From contig JBBIRS010000002.1 of the NCBI GenBank assembly GCA_037441675.1, forward strand, positions 135,249-199,248: a stretch of DNA of 64,000 bases, read 5' to 3'. Position 1 is the stretch's first letter. Each line of letters starts with the position of its first letter. A model generated the notes under the pieces. It saw nothing but the letters and a program-made list of their open reading frames with translations, did no database searches and had not been told where the DNA came from. The stretch is from Planctomycetales bacterium. GTDB taxonomy: Bacteria > 4484-113. This document shows, in pieces, positions 39,781 through 50,411 of this stretch. The translations under genes and the position numbers were made by a program.

Positions 39781-40434
39781 ATGTCGCTGAAAGAAAAAAT
39801 TTCAGCTATGCCTGAAAAGGCGAGAGAAATACTTACCGCAGCATTACCCATCTTTGCGGATAAAGGATACTATCAGACTACGATATACGATATCGCACAC
39901 CGCGCCGGTATCGCTAAGGGAACCATTTACTTATACTTCTCAAACAAAGAAGACCTTTATCTAAACCTTCTACTCTTTGTCTCGCATCAAATTAACGAGG
40001 GTATCAGGAAAAAGATTCAAAGTGTCGAAGACACTTGGGAAAAACTGAATATCGCTATGGATATTCACTTCTCCAACCTTATCAGGTTCAAGTCACACTA
40101 TTTAGTAACAGATTCAACATTAGCAAAGCCATTTAGGGAGGCGGAAGCTTTTCGCCTTGCCAAGATAGAGCATATAAAAATCTACGAAGAAATACTTGAA
40201 CAGCATTTTAGAAAACTCGGCTTAGGTGCCCCATTCTCTTTGCGAACCGCAGCGCTCATAATTACTGGTGGTCTTACCAGTTATGCTCGCTTTCACTTCC
40301 TGAAAGATTATGCACCTAGCCCGGCTGAGTACCTTCAGGTATTCAAACAAATCATCAGAAATGCTCTCGTAATGAAGCCATCAAGAATGAATTCTCCTAC
40401 CACTTTAAAGCCGAAAAGGGGGAAAAATGAATAA
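39781..40434 (+). CDS. TetR/AcrR-family transcriptional regulator
   Basis: IL.AA..IFADKGY..TT..DIA..AGIAKGTIYLYF.NKEDL. Confidence 0.95.
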   Translation: MSLKEKISAMPEKAREILTAALPIFADKGYYQTTIYDIAHRAGIAKGTIYLYFSNKEDLYLNLLLFVSHQINEGIRKKIQSVEDTWEKLNIAMDIHFSNLIRFKSHYLVTDSTLAKPFREAEAFRLAKIEHIKIYEEILEQHFRKLGLGAPFSLRTAALIITGGLTSYARFHFLKDYAPSPAEYLQVFKQIIRNALVMKPSRMNSPTTLKPKRGKNE

Positions 40435-42034
40435 GGTTTTTATTAAAAACGCACTTTACCTTCTGCCTATTTTTTATTCCTTCTTCTTAAGTGGAAATAT
40501 GAGCAAGATTGCTTATTCTGAAGATACTTTGACTAAAGCGGGAGAGGTAAAAACCTCACTTTCCACCGAAGCTAGCGATACGCACAACGAAGTGACCGAT
40601 CTGGGCAAGAAGGAGGAACCAGGCGCAGAGGACGTAAATGAGGCGCAATCCAGCATTACTCCCACGGATTCTCATACAACCAAGAATGCGGTCAGAATAA
40701 CAATTGAGGAGCTCATTGATATTGCGCTAGCGAATAACTACGACCTTAGAATTAAACAGAAGGAGGCTGAAACCGCTTTCTACGAATACCTGAAGATAAA
40801 GGGTGAGGCAGGACTGAGTCTTGATTTTACAAGCTCAATCACACGAAGTGGACCTCTGGTGAAATTTAAGTTTGATGCCGCTGGGTCTGAAACAACTTTT
40901 CAGAAAGAGGTGATTAGCAGGTCATCACTTCGCTTGTCCTATCCACTCACACCTCTCGGCAATCTAAGTTTAGGTGAAAAAGCAGCAGAGGCAAACTACC
41001 TGGCAAGGCAAGGACTTGTAGACAAGGAAGTTGCAAGCGCAATCACCGAAACCTATCAAGGCTACAAGAGCTATCTCATTGCCGAACAGGGAGTCGCACT
41101 AGCGGAGGAAGCCCTAGTTCTTGCGGAGGAACAGCTTAAAAACGCCACATTGCGCTTTGAGGAAGGCATATCTCCTCGTTTTGAGGTAATTCAAGGTGAA
41201 GTTGCGGTTTCAGAAGCCAAGGAAAATCTCATAAGTGCCTACAACACACTTGCGCTTGCCAGAAGCTCGCTCTTTCTAACGGTCGGTATAGATCCCTCAA
41301 ATTACTTCAATGGAGCGGATGTTGAAATTACTTACGATGCCTGGGTTGATTCGCTAGTTAAACAAGTTTCAGAAGTAGTTTTACCTCGGCTTGATGTTCA
41401 GGCGTTAACGAATTACTTCCTTGAAAGTACTCCCGATTTTCGCTTTCTCAAGAGCAACATACTTTCGCTTGAGGCTCAACTGGGCGCAAGAAAGCGATCG
41501 CCTATTCTCAATCTAACCGCAAGCTATACACATCAAAGTGGGTCAAGCTTCCAGAAGAGCAACACTTGGGAATACGGGCTAAGCGGAACTTTTAATCTTT
41601 TTGATTCAGGCAAGACTGAGAATTGGTTAAGAGCAATCAAAGCCCAGAAGGAGCAATTTGAGCTATCTCTTGAGCGTTACAAACAAGCCTTTGAATTAAG
41701 TATTACGGACAAGAAAAGCCAATTGGAGAGCGCGGTTTACGGTTGGCAAACTGCTAAGAATACCCTCTCCCAAGCGGAGGAGGCTCTTCGGATGTCTAGA
41801 ATAGGATATGAAGAGGGAGTTGTTACCCACGCTGACTTAGTCTCATCACGCACCGCATACCTCTCCGCAAAGCTAAGAGAGTTCTCACAAAGGCTTGAGA
41901 TTCTCTCAGCTTATCATTCGCTGCTAAGAGAAATTGGTATGACGGATGCAAGCTTATACCTGCCAAAGGATGTATCTGACTTTTATTGGATTCCAAGACC
42001 GATTGAGGAGGGACAGAGTGAGCAGAACAGCTAA
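40427..42034 (+). CDS. TolC-family outer-membrane efflux protein
   Basis: Signal peptide; LI.IAL.NN.DL, RFEEG.SPRFEV, GYEEGV.T..DL repeats; position in an RND operon. Confidence 0.88.
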   Translation: MNKVFIKNALYLLPIFYSFFLSGNMSKIAYSEDTLTKAGEVKTSLSTEASDTHNEVTDLGKKEEPGAEDVNEAQSSITPTDSHTTKNAVRITIEELIDIALANNYDLRIKQKEAETAFYEYLKIKGEAGLSLDFTSSITRSGPLVKFKFDAAGSETTFQKEVISRSSLRLSYPLTPLGNLSLGEKAAEANYLARQGLVDKEVASAITETYQGYKSYLIAEQGVALAEEALVLAEEQLKNATLRFEEGISPRFEVIQGEVAVSEAKENLISAYNTLALARSSLFLTVGIDPSNYFNGADVEITYDAWVDSLVKQVSEVVLPRLDVQALTNYFLESTPDFRFLKSNILSLEAQLGARKRSPILNLTASYTHQSGSSFQKSNTWEYGLSGTFNLFDSGKTENWLRAIKAQKEQFELSLERYKQAFELSITDKKSQLESAVYGWQTAKNTLSQAEEALRMSRIGYEEGVVTHADLVSSRTAYLSAKLREFSQRLEILSAYHSLLREIGMTDASLYLPKDVSDFYWIPRPIEEGQSEQNS

Positions 42035-43316
42035 AACAATCATTCTAACATTCGGAGGTTCACTTGGATTAATAATTCTTTCAGGGCTCTTCGTTGTCGT
42101 GAGAAATTTCCTGAAGCCCGAGGTAGTTAAAGTGCCACCAATATCAGTAGAGACTATCACCTCAGAAGTAAAACCTTTTTATGAAACCTACGTTTATACA
42201 GGAACGATAGTCGCAGACAAGTCAACGGTAATCCCAGCGCAGATTGAGTCCACCGTGAAAAAGATATTAGTTGACGAAGGAGATAATGTTAAGGGTGGGC
42301 AACTGCTAGTTGTTCTGGATGATGCCCAGTATCGTAATGAAGTCTCAGTCGCCAAGGCTTCGTATGAAATGGCAAAGCAGTCCCTAGCTTTAGCCCGTTC
42401 CGCGCGACCCGAACAGATAGCTCAGGCGGAGGCAAATTATCGCTCCTCAAAAATCTCGGCACAAAATGCACTAAGACACTATGAGAGAATGAAGGTGCTC
42501 TTTAGCGAGGGGGTTATCCCCAAAGCTCAACTGGAATCAGCTGAGTCGCAGTATGAAAATGCTCAATCTCTATTGACATCTGCTGAAGAGGGCTTGAAGA
42601 TGGCGAGAACTGGCGCCCGAGCTGAGGAGAAAAAATCATTACAAGCGGCACTTGAACTAGCGTCCGCACAGCTTCAAATTGCGCAAAGGCACTTGAGCTA
42701 TACGCGCATCTACGCTCCCTATGACGGAGAGATTTCAAATAAAATGGTTGAAGTAGGCGATTTTGTCGGCAAGGGGCAACAGGTAATTGAGATAGTATCT
42801 TCAAGAAATTTGAAAATTGAGATTTACGTGCCATCAGAAAAGGTGGGGCTACTTGAGATTGGGCAGAGTGCTGAGGTAAGAGTTGAGAGATTGGATGAAC
42901 CTTTAGAGGCAACCATAACTAGTATTGTCGAATCCGCTGACCCTCTCACCAGACTCTTCAAGGTCAATTTATCTTTGCCTTACAGGACAGGGCTCCTGCC
43001 AAACGATTTTGCCGAGGTGACGCTTAAGTGGAAATTGGGAGATGGAACGGTTGTGCTTCCTGCTTCGGCAATACTCTCGCCAGGCACGGAAGAGCCATAC
43101 ATCTTCGTAGTTGAAAATGGGAGGGCAAAGCGCGTAAACGTAACTCTAGGTTTGAGAAACGGCGAGTGGGCACAAATTCTTCAGCCTCTTAAGGGCGGGG
43201 AAGAAGTAGTCGTATCTGGACAAAACTTCCTTACGGATGGTTCCCTAGTCAATGTAAACACTACTTCAAACATTGAGACGGAACTTGAAAAAGGATCTCT
43301 CAGGAATACGGAGTAA
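42018..43316 (+). CDS. RND efflux periplasmic adaptor (membrane fusion protein)
   Basis: N-terminal TM, VDEGD.VK.GQLL..LD, I.APYDG.I, DP.TR.F.V, L.GGE.VVVSGQ; GTG 42018 with SD GAGGAGG. Confidence 0.92.
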   Translation: MSRTAKTIILTFGGSLGLIILSGLFVVVRNFLKPEVVKVPPISVETITSEVKPFYETYVYTGTIVADKSTVIPAQIESTVKKILVDEGDNVKGGQLLVVLDDAQYRNEVSVAKASYEMAKQSLALARSARPEQIAQAEANYRSSKISAQNALRHYERMKVLFSEGVIPKAQLESAESQYENAQSLLTSAEEGLKMARTGARAEEKKSLQAALELASAQLQIAQRHLSYTRIYAPYDGEISNKMVEVGDFVGKGQQVIEIVSSRNLKIEIYVPSEKVGLLEIGQSAEVRVERLDEPLEATITSIVESADPLTRLFKVNLSLPYRTGLLPNDFAEVTLKWKLGDGTVVLPASAILSPGTEEPYIFVVENGRAKRVNVTLGLRNGEWAQILQPLKGGEEVVVSGQNFLTDGSLVNVNTTSNIETELEKGSLRNTE

Positions 43317-43320
43317 CTTT

Positions 43321-46300
43321 ATGAACATCGCTCAACTTTCTATTAGAAGACCGGTATTTGTCGTAATGTTGATGCTATTTATGGTCGTCTTCGGACTTGT
43401 CTCCTATCGGCGATTGGGAATGAATATGTTTCCGAAGGTCGTCTTCCCCTTTATTACGGTTACAACTCTCTATCCTGGTGCAAGCCCAGACGTTGTTGAG
43501 TCACAAGTCACTAAGATACTTGAGGACAGCATTGCGATTACAGAAGGAATAGACAGAATGTCATCCTACTCCATGGAAGGCGTGAGCTTGGTGTTTGTCG
43601 AATTCGAATCCGACAAGGACATTGATGCTGCGGCTCAAGATGTTCGGGATAGAGTCAGCCAAGTATTAGATGACCTGCCGGACGATGCTGAGGAGCCTGT
43701 AGTTGCGAAGTTTGACGTGAATGCAATGCCTATCCTTTACTTCACCGTATCATCCGAAACGATGGGGCAGAGGGAGCTACGAGACTTTGTTGATAAACGT
43801 ATCAAGAATGTAATTCAGCAGGCGCCCGGAGTTGCAGAGGTTACTACCTCGGGAGGGCTTGAGAGAGAGATACAGGTGATTCTCTCGCCATCAAAATTGG
43901 AAGCGTTCGGCATGAGCCCCGCAGTAATTGGTCAAATGCTTGCTCTTAGCAACGTAGACTTCCCAACAGGTTCTGTGAAAGAAGGAGGACTGGAGTACAT
44001 TCTGCGTGTTCCTAATGTGTTTACGAGTGTTGCTGATATTTCCGAGACTGCTGTCGCGTCAGTATACGGTAAGACAGTAAGGCTTAGGGATATTGCAACT
44101 GTAATAGATTCTCAAAAGGAGAGAAAAACAGATGCACGCCTTAACTCTAACAGCGCTATCCTCCTATCAGTTATTAAGCGAGGGGACGCGGACTTAGTTT
44201 CCACAACCAACAGCGTGAAGTCGCGCGTCGCGGAAATAACAAGGGAATTGCCAGCGGGGATAAGTATAAACCTTGTCATTGATTACTCAAAGTACGTTGT
44301 TGCATCCTTAGAAGATATAAATGTGAGTATTGTTCTCGGAGCTATCCTTGCAAGCTTGGTCGTTTGGCTCTTTGTAGGAAAGATGCGCTTTACCATTCCA
44401 ATAACTGTATCAATTCTTGTCGCGGTCATCGCGGATTACGCCGCTGTAAACTTCGCAGGTTTCACGCTCAACTTTATGAGTATGCTGGCGTTAGCGGTGG
44501 CGGTTGGCCTCATTGTGGACGATTCAATCGTTGTTCAAGAGAACATCTTAAAGGAGTTTGAATTAACCAACAATGCGGAAGAGGCAACTATTAAGGGAAG
44601 CTCTCAGGTGATGTTAGCGGTCATCGCTTCTACATCAACTATTATCGCTGTTTTTCTGCCGATTGCCTTTATGAGTGGGATCATCGGACAGTTCTTTAAG
44701 GAGTTTGGTATCACGATTTCCTTTGCTATTGGCATATCCACCATAGTAGCGCTAACCCTTATTCCACTTGCCTTTTACCAGGTTAGTACTCGCCCCTCTA
44801 TTGGAAAGAGAAGACCACTATGGGTAAAACCCATTGACTTTCTTTCAAGGGCTTTTGATGGTATTCACAAATCTTTTGTAAGAGGTTACTTAAACGTAGA
44901 AGAATTCTATACCAATATATTGAGAAGCGCATTGAAAAATCGCGCTAAAGTGGTGGCAGGCGGAGTGCTCTTCTTTCTTCTTTCTATTCCTCTTTTCATC
45001 ATATCGGAAGTAAGGTTTACGCCAGAGATGGACCGGGGACGTTTTCAGGTTTTCATAGAGCTCCCGGTGGAAGCACCACTAGAAAGAACTGACGAAATCG
45101 TGAGGCAGGTTGAACGTATCGTTGCTTCACTTCCAGAGGTTGACAAAGTGCTCTCAGTCATAGGCATGAGCTTCGGAGGGTTTATGGGCGGAAGGGAGCA
45201 GGGAAACATCGCTCAAGTTTTCGGCGTGCTTAAGGATAAAAGAGACCGTAAATTTCATTTGCGATGGTGGGGGATTGTCCCAGTTCTTTTCAAGTACACC
45301 GATATGGACATTGTGGAAAAGGCGAGAGAGAAGATTAGGAGTATACCTGGTGCGAAAATTTCTGTAAGTACTGAACAGATGGGTGGTAGAGCGCATCCAG
45401 TTGAGCTAGTATTTTCTGACCCGGATTATCAAAGACTCAGGCGTGTCACCAAGAAGGCACAGGAGATACTTTCCAGCATTAAAGGAGCAATAAACGTTGA
45501 TAACACCGAACGACCTGGCAAGCTTCAACTAACCATCAAACCTAAAATTGAGAGAATGATTCAGTTAGGCATTACACCAGCGGAATTAGGTCAGTACTTG
45601 CGCATTTTGTATGAGGGAATAAGTTTTAGCAAGTACAGAGAGGGTGGAGAGGAGTATGATATTACACTCTTATATCCTGAAAACGAAAGAAGAAACCTAC
45701 AATCGGTTAGGTCTATCAAAATCATTTCACCACGCCTGAATCAACCTATCTCTCTAGAAACAATCGCGGACATAAATCTCTCTCAAGGTCCTTCTCTAAT
45801 CCAACACTCTGACAGGGTGCGGTCAATTAACGTTTACGCAGATGTCGCTAAAGGCGTAGGAACTGGAACCGTTCTTGCAAAGTGGAAAGCTGAGATGAAA
45901 GAGCAAGGCGTCATCCCCTCAACAACCAAAGTGACCCCTATTGGAGAATCGGACTTGATACAAGAGATGTTTGAACAGTTTTTACTAGCGTTAATTCTTG
46001 GAGTAATCTTTAGTTATATGGTCTTGGCAAGTCAATTTAACTCTTACAAGCATCCATTAGTCATAATGATGAGCGTGCCACTTGCCACAACAGGCTCTCT
46101 CCTTTTCATCGTATCTCTTGGAAAGAGCTTTAATTTAATGAGTTTCCTTGGCATTGTGATGCTTACCGGGCTAGTAACTAAAAACTCCATACTACTTATT
46201 GATTTTGCCAATCAGGCGAGGGTTATGGGACAAAGCATTGAGGATGCGCTTGTGTCCGCTGGCAGACGAAGAATGCGACCTATCCTAATGACTAGCTTTA

Positions 46301-46512
46301 CCACCATCTTTGCTCTTCTACCCGTGGCGTTTGGGCTTGGTGAGGGCGCAGACTTCCGAAGCCCGCTTGCGGTCGCTGTGATAGGCGGAATGGTTTTCTC
46401 TACTTTATTAACACTCATTATCATCCCAGTCGTTTATGTGATTGTTGAAAACTTTAGCCTTGCTAGAATAAGAATACCTAAAAGTATAAATTCAAGCCAC
46501 GCAGAAGTGTAG
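43321..46512 (+). CDS. RND efflux permease (AcrB/AcrD/AcrF family)
   Basis: SIRRPV, YPGASP..VES.VT, GLIVDDSIVV.EN, KNSILLIDF, R.RPILMTS; ATG 43321. Confidence 0.96.
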   Translation: MNIAQLSIRRPVFVVMLMLFMVVFGLVSYRRLGMNMFPKVVFPFITVTTLYPGASPDVVESQVTKILEDSIAITEGIDRMSSYSMEGVSLVFVEFESDKDIDAAAQDVRDRVSQVLDDLPDDAEEPVVAKFDVNAMPILYFTVSSETMGQRELRDFVDKRIKNVIQQAPGVAEVTTSGGLEREIQVILSPSKLEAFGMSPAVIGQMLALSNVDFPTGSVKEGGLEYILRVPNVFTSVADISETAVASVYGKTVRLRDIATVIDSQKERKTDARLNSNSAILLSVIKRGDADLVSTTNSVKSRVAEITRELPAGISINLVIDYSKYVVASLEDINVSIVLGAILASLVVWLFVGKMRFTIPITVSILVAVIADYAAVNFAGFTLNFMSMLALAVAVGLIVDDSIVVQENILKEFELTNNAEEATIKGSSQVMLAVIASTSTIIAVFLPIAFMSGIIGQFFKEFGITISFAIGISTIVALTLIPLAFYQVSTRPSIGKRRPLWVKPIDFLSRAFDGIHKSFVRGYLNVEEFYTNILRSALKNRAKVVAGGVLFFLLSIPLFIISEVRFTPEMDRGRFQVFIELPVEAPLERTDEIVRQVERIVASLPEVDKVLSVIGMSFGGFMGGREQGNIAQVFGVLKDKRDRKFHLRWWGIVPVLFKYTDMDIVEKAREKIRSIPGAKISVSTEQMGGRAHPVELVFSDPDYQRLRRVTKKAQEILSSIKGAINVDNTERPGKLQLTIKPKIERMIQLGITPAELGQYLRILYEGISFSKYREGGEEYDITLLYPENERRNLQSVRSIKIISPRLNQPISLETIADINLSQGPSLIQHSDRVRSINVYADVAKGVGTGTVLAKWKAEMKEQGVIPSTTKVTPIGESDLIQEMFEQFLLALILGVIFSYMVLASQFNSYKHPLVIMMSVPLATTGSLLFIVSLGKSFNLMSFLGIVMLTGLVTKNSILLIDFANQARVMGQSIEDALVSAGRRRMRPILMTSFTTIFALLPVAFGLGEGADFRSPLAVAVIGGMVFSTLLTLIIIPVVYVIVENFSLARIRIPKSINSSHAEV

Positions 46513-46546
46513 AATAGGAATAGCTATTAGCGTTAAACCTCTTTCA

Positions 46547-48229
46547 ATGAATGAACTTCTAAAGCTTTATAGGGATATCGCGGATTCAAGAATTCTGCAA
46601 GACGTTCCTTCTCACCTTTTTTTTAGAGAGCTTAAGATAGCTGAACTCACTCTGAACCTAGCATCCGCACTTGGATTTTCCGCTACAAGCCTTAAGCGGA
46701 TTAGAGACCTGATACCTTTTGTCCCGCTGCTTTTTCTGCCTGAAATGCAATTGGGAAGAAAACTGGGAAGCGCTGTCAAGGAAAGAGTGTTTGATATGCG
46801 ACTTGGGAAGAACATTGTTAAGGAGAAGGAGCGAAAATGTTGGGAGGAAATTCTTAATCTTTGCGAGAGCATATATTCCACGAAGGAGGAACTTCTTCTG
46901 CCTTATCCAAGCGTGCAGGTGTTAATAGAGCAGAATTCGGTGAAATTGATAATCCCTGAGGAGGAAATAGCTATTCCTAGCCTGAAGCCTCCGCTGGCAG
47001 AAAGGATAACCGTCCTAAGTACCGGGAAATACTTGGAGAGGTTTACTCCTGACAAGCGCTATCTTCTTCTTTCCCATCACGACCCTCACGGCTTTGGGAT
47101 GATGATTTCCACTTATCTTACTCTCAAATCACTTGGGGTGACCGACGTTTCTTTTCTTACGGGCTATCAAGAAACTGGAGATTACGGTAAGTTCTGGAAA
47201 CGAACATTTCCTAGGCTAGTTAGTGAGGGGAAATATGCTGAAATAGTTCTACTAGATTTGACTGTATATGCCCCGCATCCAGAACGAACACTTAACGCAC
47301 TTTCCATCGCGGTAAGAAACGGAGTGGGTGTCACGCTTATTGACCATCATCAGGATACCTCTATTTGTGCCCGAGCTCTTTCTCAAACGGGAGCAAACGT
47401 TGTTCTTACGGATATCCCGAGTTGCTTTCTTGGTGGAAGGATTACGGAAAAGAACCTTCCCTACGTGTTGCTTGGAGCACTTGGGGACAAAGACGTGACC
47501 ATTCGCCATCCCTTGGCGTGGAACAAAACTCTCCCGGATATATGCATTGAAACAACTCAAGTCCTGGAAAAATTATCAGATATTATGCTGACATTATCAC
47601 CACCCCCAAAGGAATTCAGGAAGCTCAACCTATTCCCGGCTGAAGAGTTGGTCTCAAAGGCAGAACTTGGCTTTTTGGCATTTTCTAAAGCCATTGAAGA
47701 AATTGTTTCTTGGGGAATCCCCGTTTATAAGAAAGACGTGTGCAGTTTTGATCCCAAAGTTCAAATCCAGGATAATGTTTTTTACTCTGCGCATTTAGAA
47801 AGCTACCTAATTGGTAAAGTTCTAATCGTCAATCAAGCGCTAAGGACAACTGGAAGGAGATGGTACGACATACTAGAAAACGAACTTTTCAAGAATGAAA
47901 CAGCTCTTTACGCCATTTCTGGTCGCTATTTAACTGGTTTGGGATTTAACTTCCTTTGCGTAAAGAAATGGTCCGTGCTTATCGCGCCTCCGCCAATTTG
48001 CTTTCTTACCCAGAGGTTGCGAAAAGGAGGAAAAGGAGTTATAGGCCATCATAATGCCTTTTGGATAACAGTAAGTGAAGAGCACGTGATAAGTGAGCTA
48101 AAAAAATTCATATCAAACATTAATCGTTACTTCGGATTATCCTCCCGTGGTGTTGTTCAGACTCTCGTTAATCTGATTAGAAGACTTTTGAATGATAAAA
48201 AGGCTAGAGACGCAGATTTAGACACTTAA
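46547..48229 (+). CDS. Hypothetical protein with a divergent DHH/DHHA1 phosphoesterase-like domain
   Basis: SHHDPHG, VLLDL, LIDHHQ, GALGDKD, GHHNAF in the order expected for DHH motifs. Confidence 0.55.
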   Translation: MNELLKLYRDIADSRILQDVPSHLFFRELKIAELTLNLASALGFSATSLKRIRDLIPFVPLLFLPEMQLGRKLGSAVKERVFDMRLGKNIVKEKERKCWEEILNLCESIYSTKEELLLPYPSVQVLIEQNSVKLIIPEEEIAIPSLKPPLAERITVLSTGKYLERFTPDKRYLLLSHHDPHGFGMMISTYLTLKSLGVTDVSFLTGYQETGDYGKFWKRTFPRLVSEGKYAEIVLLDLTVYAPHPERTLNALSIAVRNGVGVTLIDHHQDTSICARALSQTGANVVLTDIPSCFLGGRITEKNLPYVLLGALGDKDVTIRHPLAWNKTLPDICIETTQVLEKLSDIMLTLSPPPKEFRKLNLFPAEELVSKAELGFLAFSKAIEEIVSWGIPVYKKDVCSFDPKVQIQDNVFYSAHLESYLIGKVLIVNQALRTTGRRWYDILENELFKNETALYAISGRYLTGLGFNFLCVKKWSVLIAPPPICFLTQRLRKGGKGVIGHHNAFWITVSEEHVISELKKFISNINRYFGLSSRGVVQTLVNLIRRLLNDKKARDADLDT

Positions 48230-48376
48230 ATCATATAAATCTTCAACCAGATAAATCTAAGAACATCCAAGCAAAGAAGAGTCAAGCAGATAAACTTTGT
48301 ATTGAACAGCTTTAAGATTGCCTTAATCTATACTGATATACATTCAATACATTCAAAATAATTTGGAGGTTCAAAG

Positions 48377-49762
48377 ATGAAGCTAGCAATTGAAACAATC
48401 CAAGGAAGTGTCATCTACCCATTCTTGGCATCTTTAGTTCTCTTTGGCGTCGCAAGTTTCGCATCTGCAAGAGAGATAGGAACGGTCAAGGACGTATCCC
48501 TAACCGTTTACAATCAAGACCTGGCGCTTGTTCGTGAGATTCGCGGGTTTGATTTTACTCAGGGATTGAATTTCTTAACGCTTACTGGCGTTGCCAGCAG
48601 GATTGACCCCACAAGCGTCCATTTCAAGCTACTTTCAGATTACACATTCTCCCTTCTGGAGCAGAATTATGACTATGACCTCGTTGGAACAAATAAGCTT
48701 TTGCAGAAGTACATAGGAAAACGCATCGCACTTGTTGACCCGAAAGATGGCACGCGTAAAGATGTGACGCTACTTTCAGTTTCGGATGGAATAGTCGTTG
48801 ACTATGCGGGGAAGATTCTTATCAATCCGCCTGGAAATATTGAGCTTCCTGAACTTACTGAAGGCTTACTTCTAAAGCCAACGCTGGAATGGCAGGTTCT
48901 TACCGAGAAAGCATTCTCTTCAGATGGCGAGCTTTCCTATCTCACGAGCGGTCTCTCGTGGATCGCAGATTACGTAGCTCTTCTTGAGGATGACGAGAAA
49001 ACCGCTGAAATGGAGGGTTGGGTTACGCTCACGAATAACTCTGGCGCTACTTACGAGAATGCCAAGCTCAAGCTAATCGCTGGAGATATTCACCGAGCGC
49101 CAGCTCCAAGAGCAGTGGAAATGGCTCAGCTCCGCAAAACTATGGCGGAGGCGGATATGGGTTTCAAGGAGGAGGCTTTCTTTGAGTATCACCTTTACAA
49201 CCTTCAGCGCAGAACTACCATCAAGAACGCTCAGACGAAGCAGGTATCGCTACTCACTGCTAGCGGAATACCGATAAACAAAATTTACACTTACGACCCT
49301 GCCTGGCGAAGCGAGAAGATTGAAGTGCGAGTTGAATTCAAGAACAGCGAAGGCAATCATCTAGGAATGCCACTACCCGCGGGACGAGTGCGGGTTTTTA
49401 AGCGCGATAGCGAAGGCATACCTCAACTCGTAGGCGAGGATTCCATTGACCACACTCCGAAGGATGAGATGGTGCGCCTCCTTCTTGGGTATGCCTTTGA
49501 CGTGAAGGGTGAGAAGAAACAGGTTAGTTACACCGACAAACAGAAGGGTTATACCGCAAGTTATGAAGTCTCCCTACGAAATCACAAGAAGGAAGCGGTT
49601 ACGATACTAGTGTTGGAGCATCTGCCATATGCAAACTGGAAGGTGGTTGAGGCAAGCCACGATTATAAAAAGCTTGATGCGCGGACGATTGAATTTACAG
49701 TTAAGGTACCCGCGGATGGTGAGGTGAAACTTAGCTATACAATTGACGCTTGGTGGGAGTAA
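48377..49762 (+). CDS. DUF4139-domain exported protein
   Basis: LTVYNQDLALVRE, LLEQNYDYDL, SYLTSGLSW.ADY, FEYHLY.L, LPAGRVRVF, GED.IDHTP; SD GGAGG. Confidence 0.88.
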   Translation: MKLAIETIQGSVIYPFLASLVLFGVASFASAREIGTVKDVSLTVYNQDLALVREIRGFDFTQGLNFLTLTGVASRIDPTSVHFKLLSDYTFSLLEQNYDYDLVGTNKLLQKYIGKRIALVDPKDGTRKDVTLLSVSDGIVVDYAGKILINPPGNIELPELTEGLLLKPTLEWQVLTEKAFSSDGELSYLTSGLSWIADYVALLEDDEKTAEMEGWVTLTNNSGATYENAKLKLIAGDIHRAPAPRAVEMAQLRKTMAEADMGFKEEAFFEYHLYNLQRRTTIKNAQTKQVSLLTASGIPINKIYTYDPAWRSEKIEVRVEFKNSEGNHLGMPLPAGRVRVFKRDSEGIPQLVGEDSIDHTPKDEMVRLLLGYAFDVKGEKKQVSYTDKQKGYTASYEVSLRNHKKEAVTILVLEHLPYANWKVVEASHDYKKLDARTIEFTVKVPADGEVKLSYTIDAWWE

Positions 49763-49885
49763 TCTTTCGGTGCAGTCGGTGCATATCATTCTGAAGGCAT
49801 CACACTGAAGAGGTGCTTGCTTGCAATTGCGAGATTTCCTAAAATTCTGGAACACGCCCGTCTCGGGCGTGTCCTCACCCACCCT

Positions 49886-49939
49886 GTAGGGCGGGGACGC
49901 ACCCTGCCGAATACGGCGTCATATGAGTTGATGCCCTAG
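49886..49939. repeat. Intergenic GTAG-type REP doublet, degenerate homolog of 29837-29896
   Basis: GTAGGGCGGGGAC--GCACCCTGCCGAATACGGCGTC aligns with the reverse complement of the 29858-29894 segment (GTAGGGCGGGGACCTGCGCCCCGCCGTGTTCGGCGAC). Confidence 0.7.
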
Positions 49940-50044
49940 AGAGAAATTCTGTCGCAATTCAGAATGGTGCCCCGCGGTGGCGGGCAAGCCACTAGATGAC
50001 AATTCTTCCGCCCGTGTAGATTTGCCTGTCCCAAAAAACAAAAA

Positions 50045-50162
<118 letters not shown>

Positions 50163-50168
50163 AATAGT

Positions 50169-50198
50169 ATTATATATTCCTTCGAGTTTGGAAGTCAA
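50169..50198 (-). promoter_or_regulatory. Sigma70 promoter of the 5S rRNA gene
   Basis: TTGACT-N18-TATAAT, 6 nt upstream of the 5S 5' end. Confidence 0.75.
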
Positions 50199-50411
50199 GA
50201 GCGTTGGGAACGATGATTTAACGTTCCTTGCAAAACGCTCTGCATTTAGTTAACTTAGTTGATTGTTAAGCATTGTTTAGTAGTTTGACGCGGGTATTGG
50301 TAAAATTCGGAGAATAATTTATACTATGAACTTGCATGATGATACTCAGTCGCAAATTTCTTTTAGCGGGTACTATACTATATAAAATTAGATAGGGACG
50401 GGAAAAAGATT

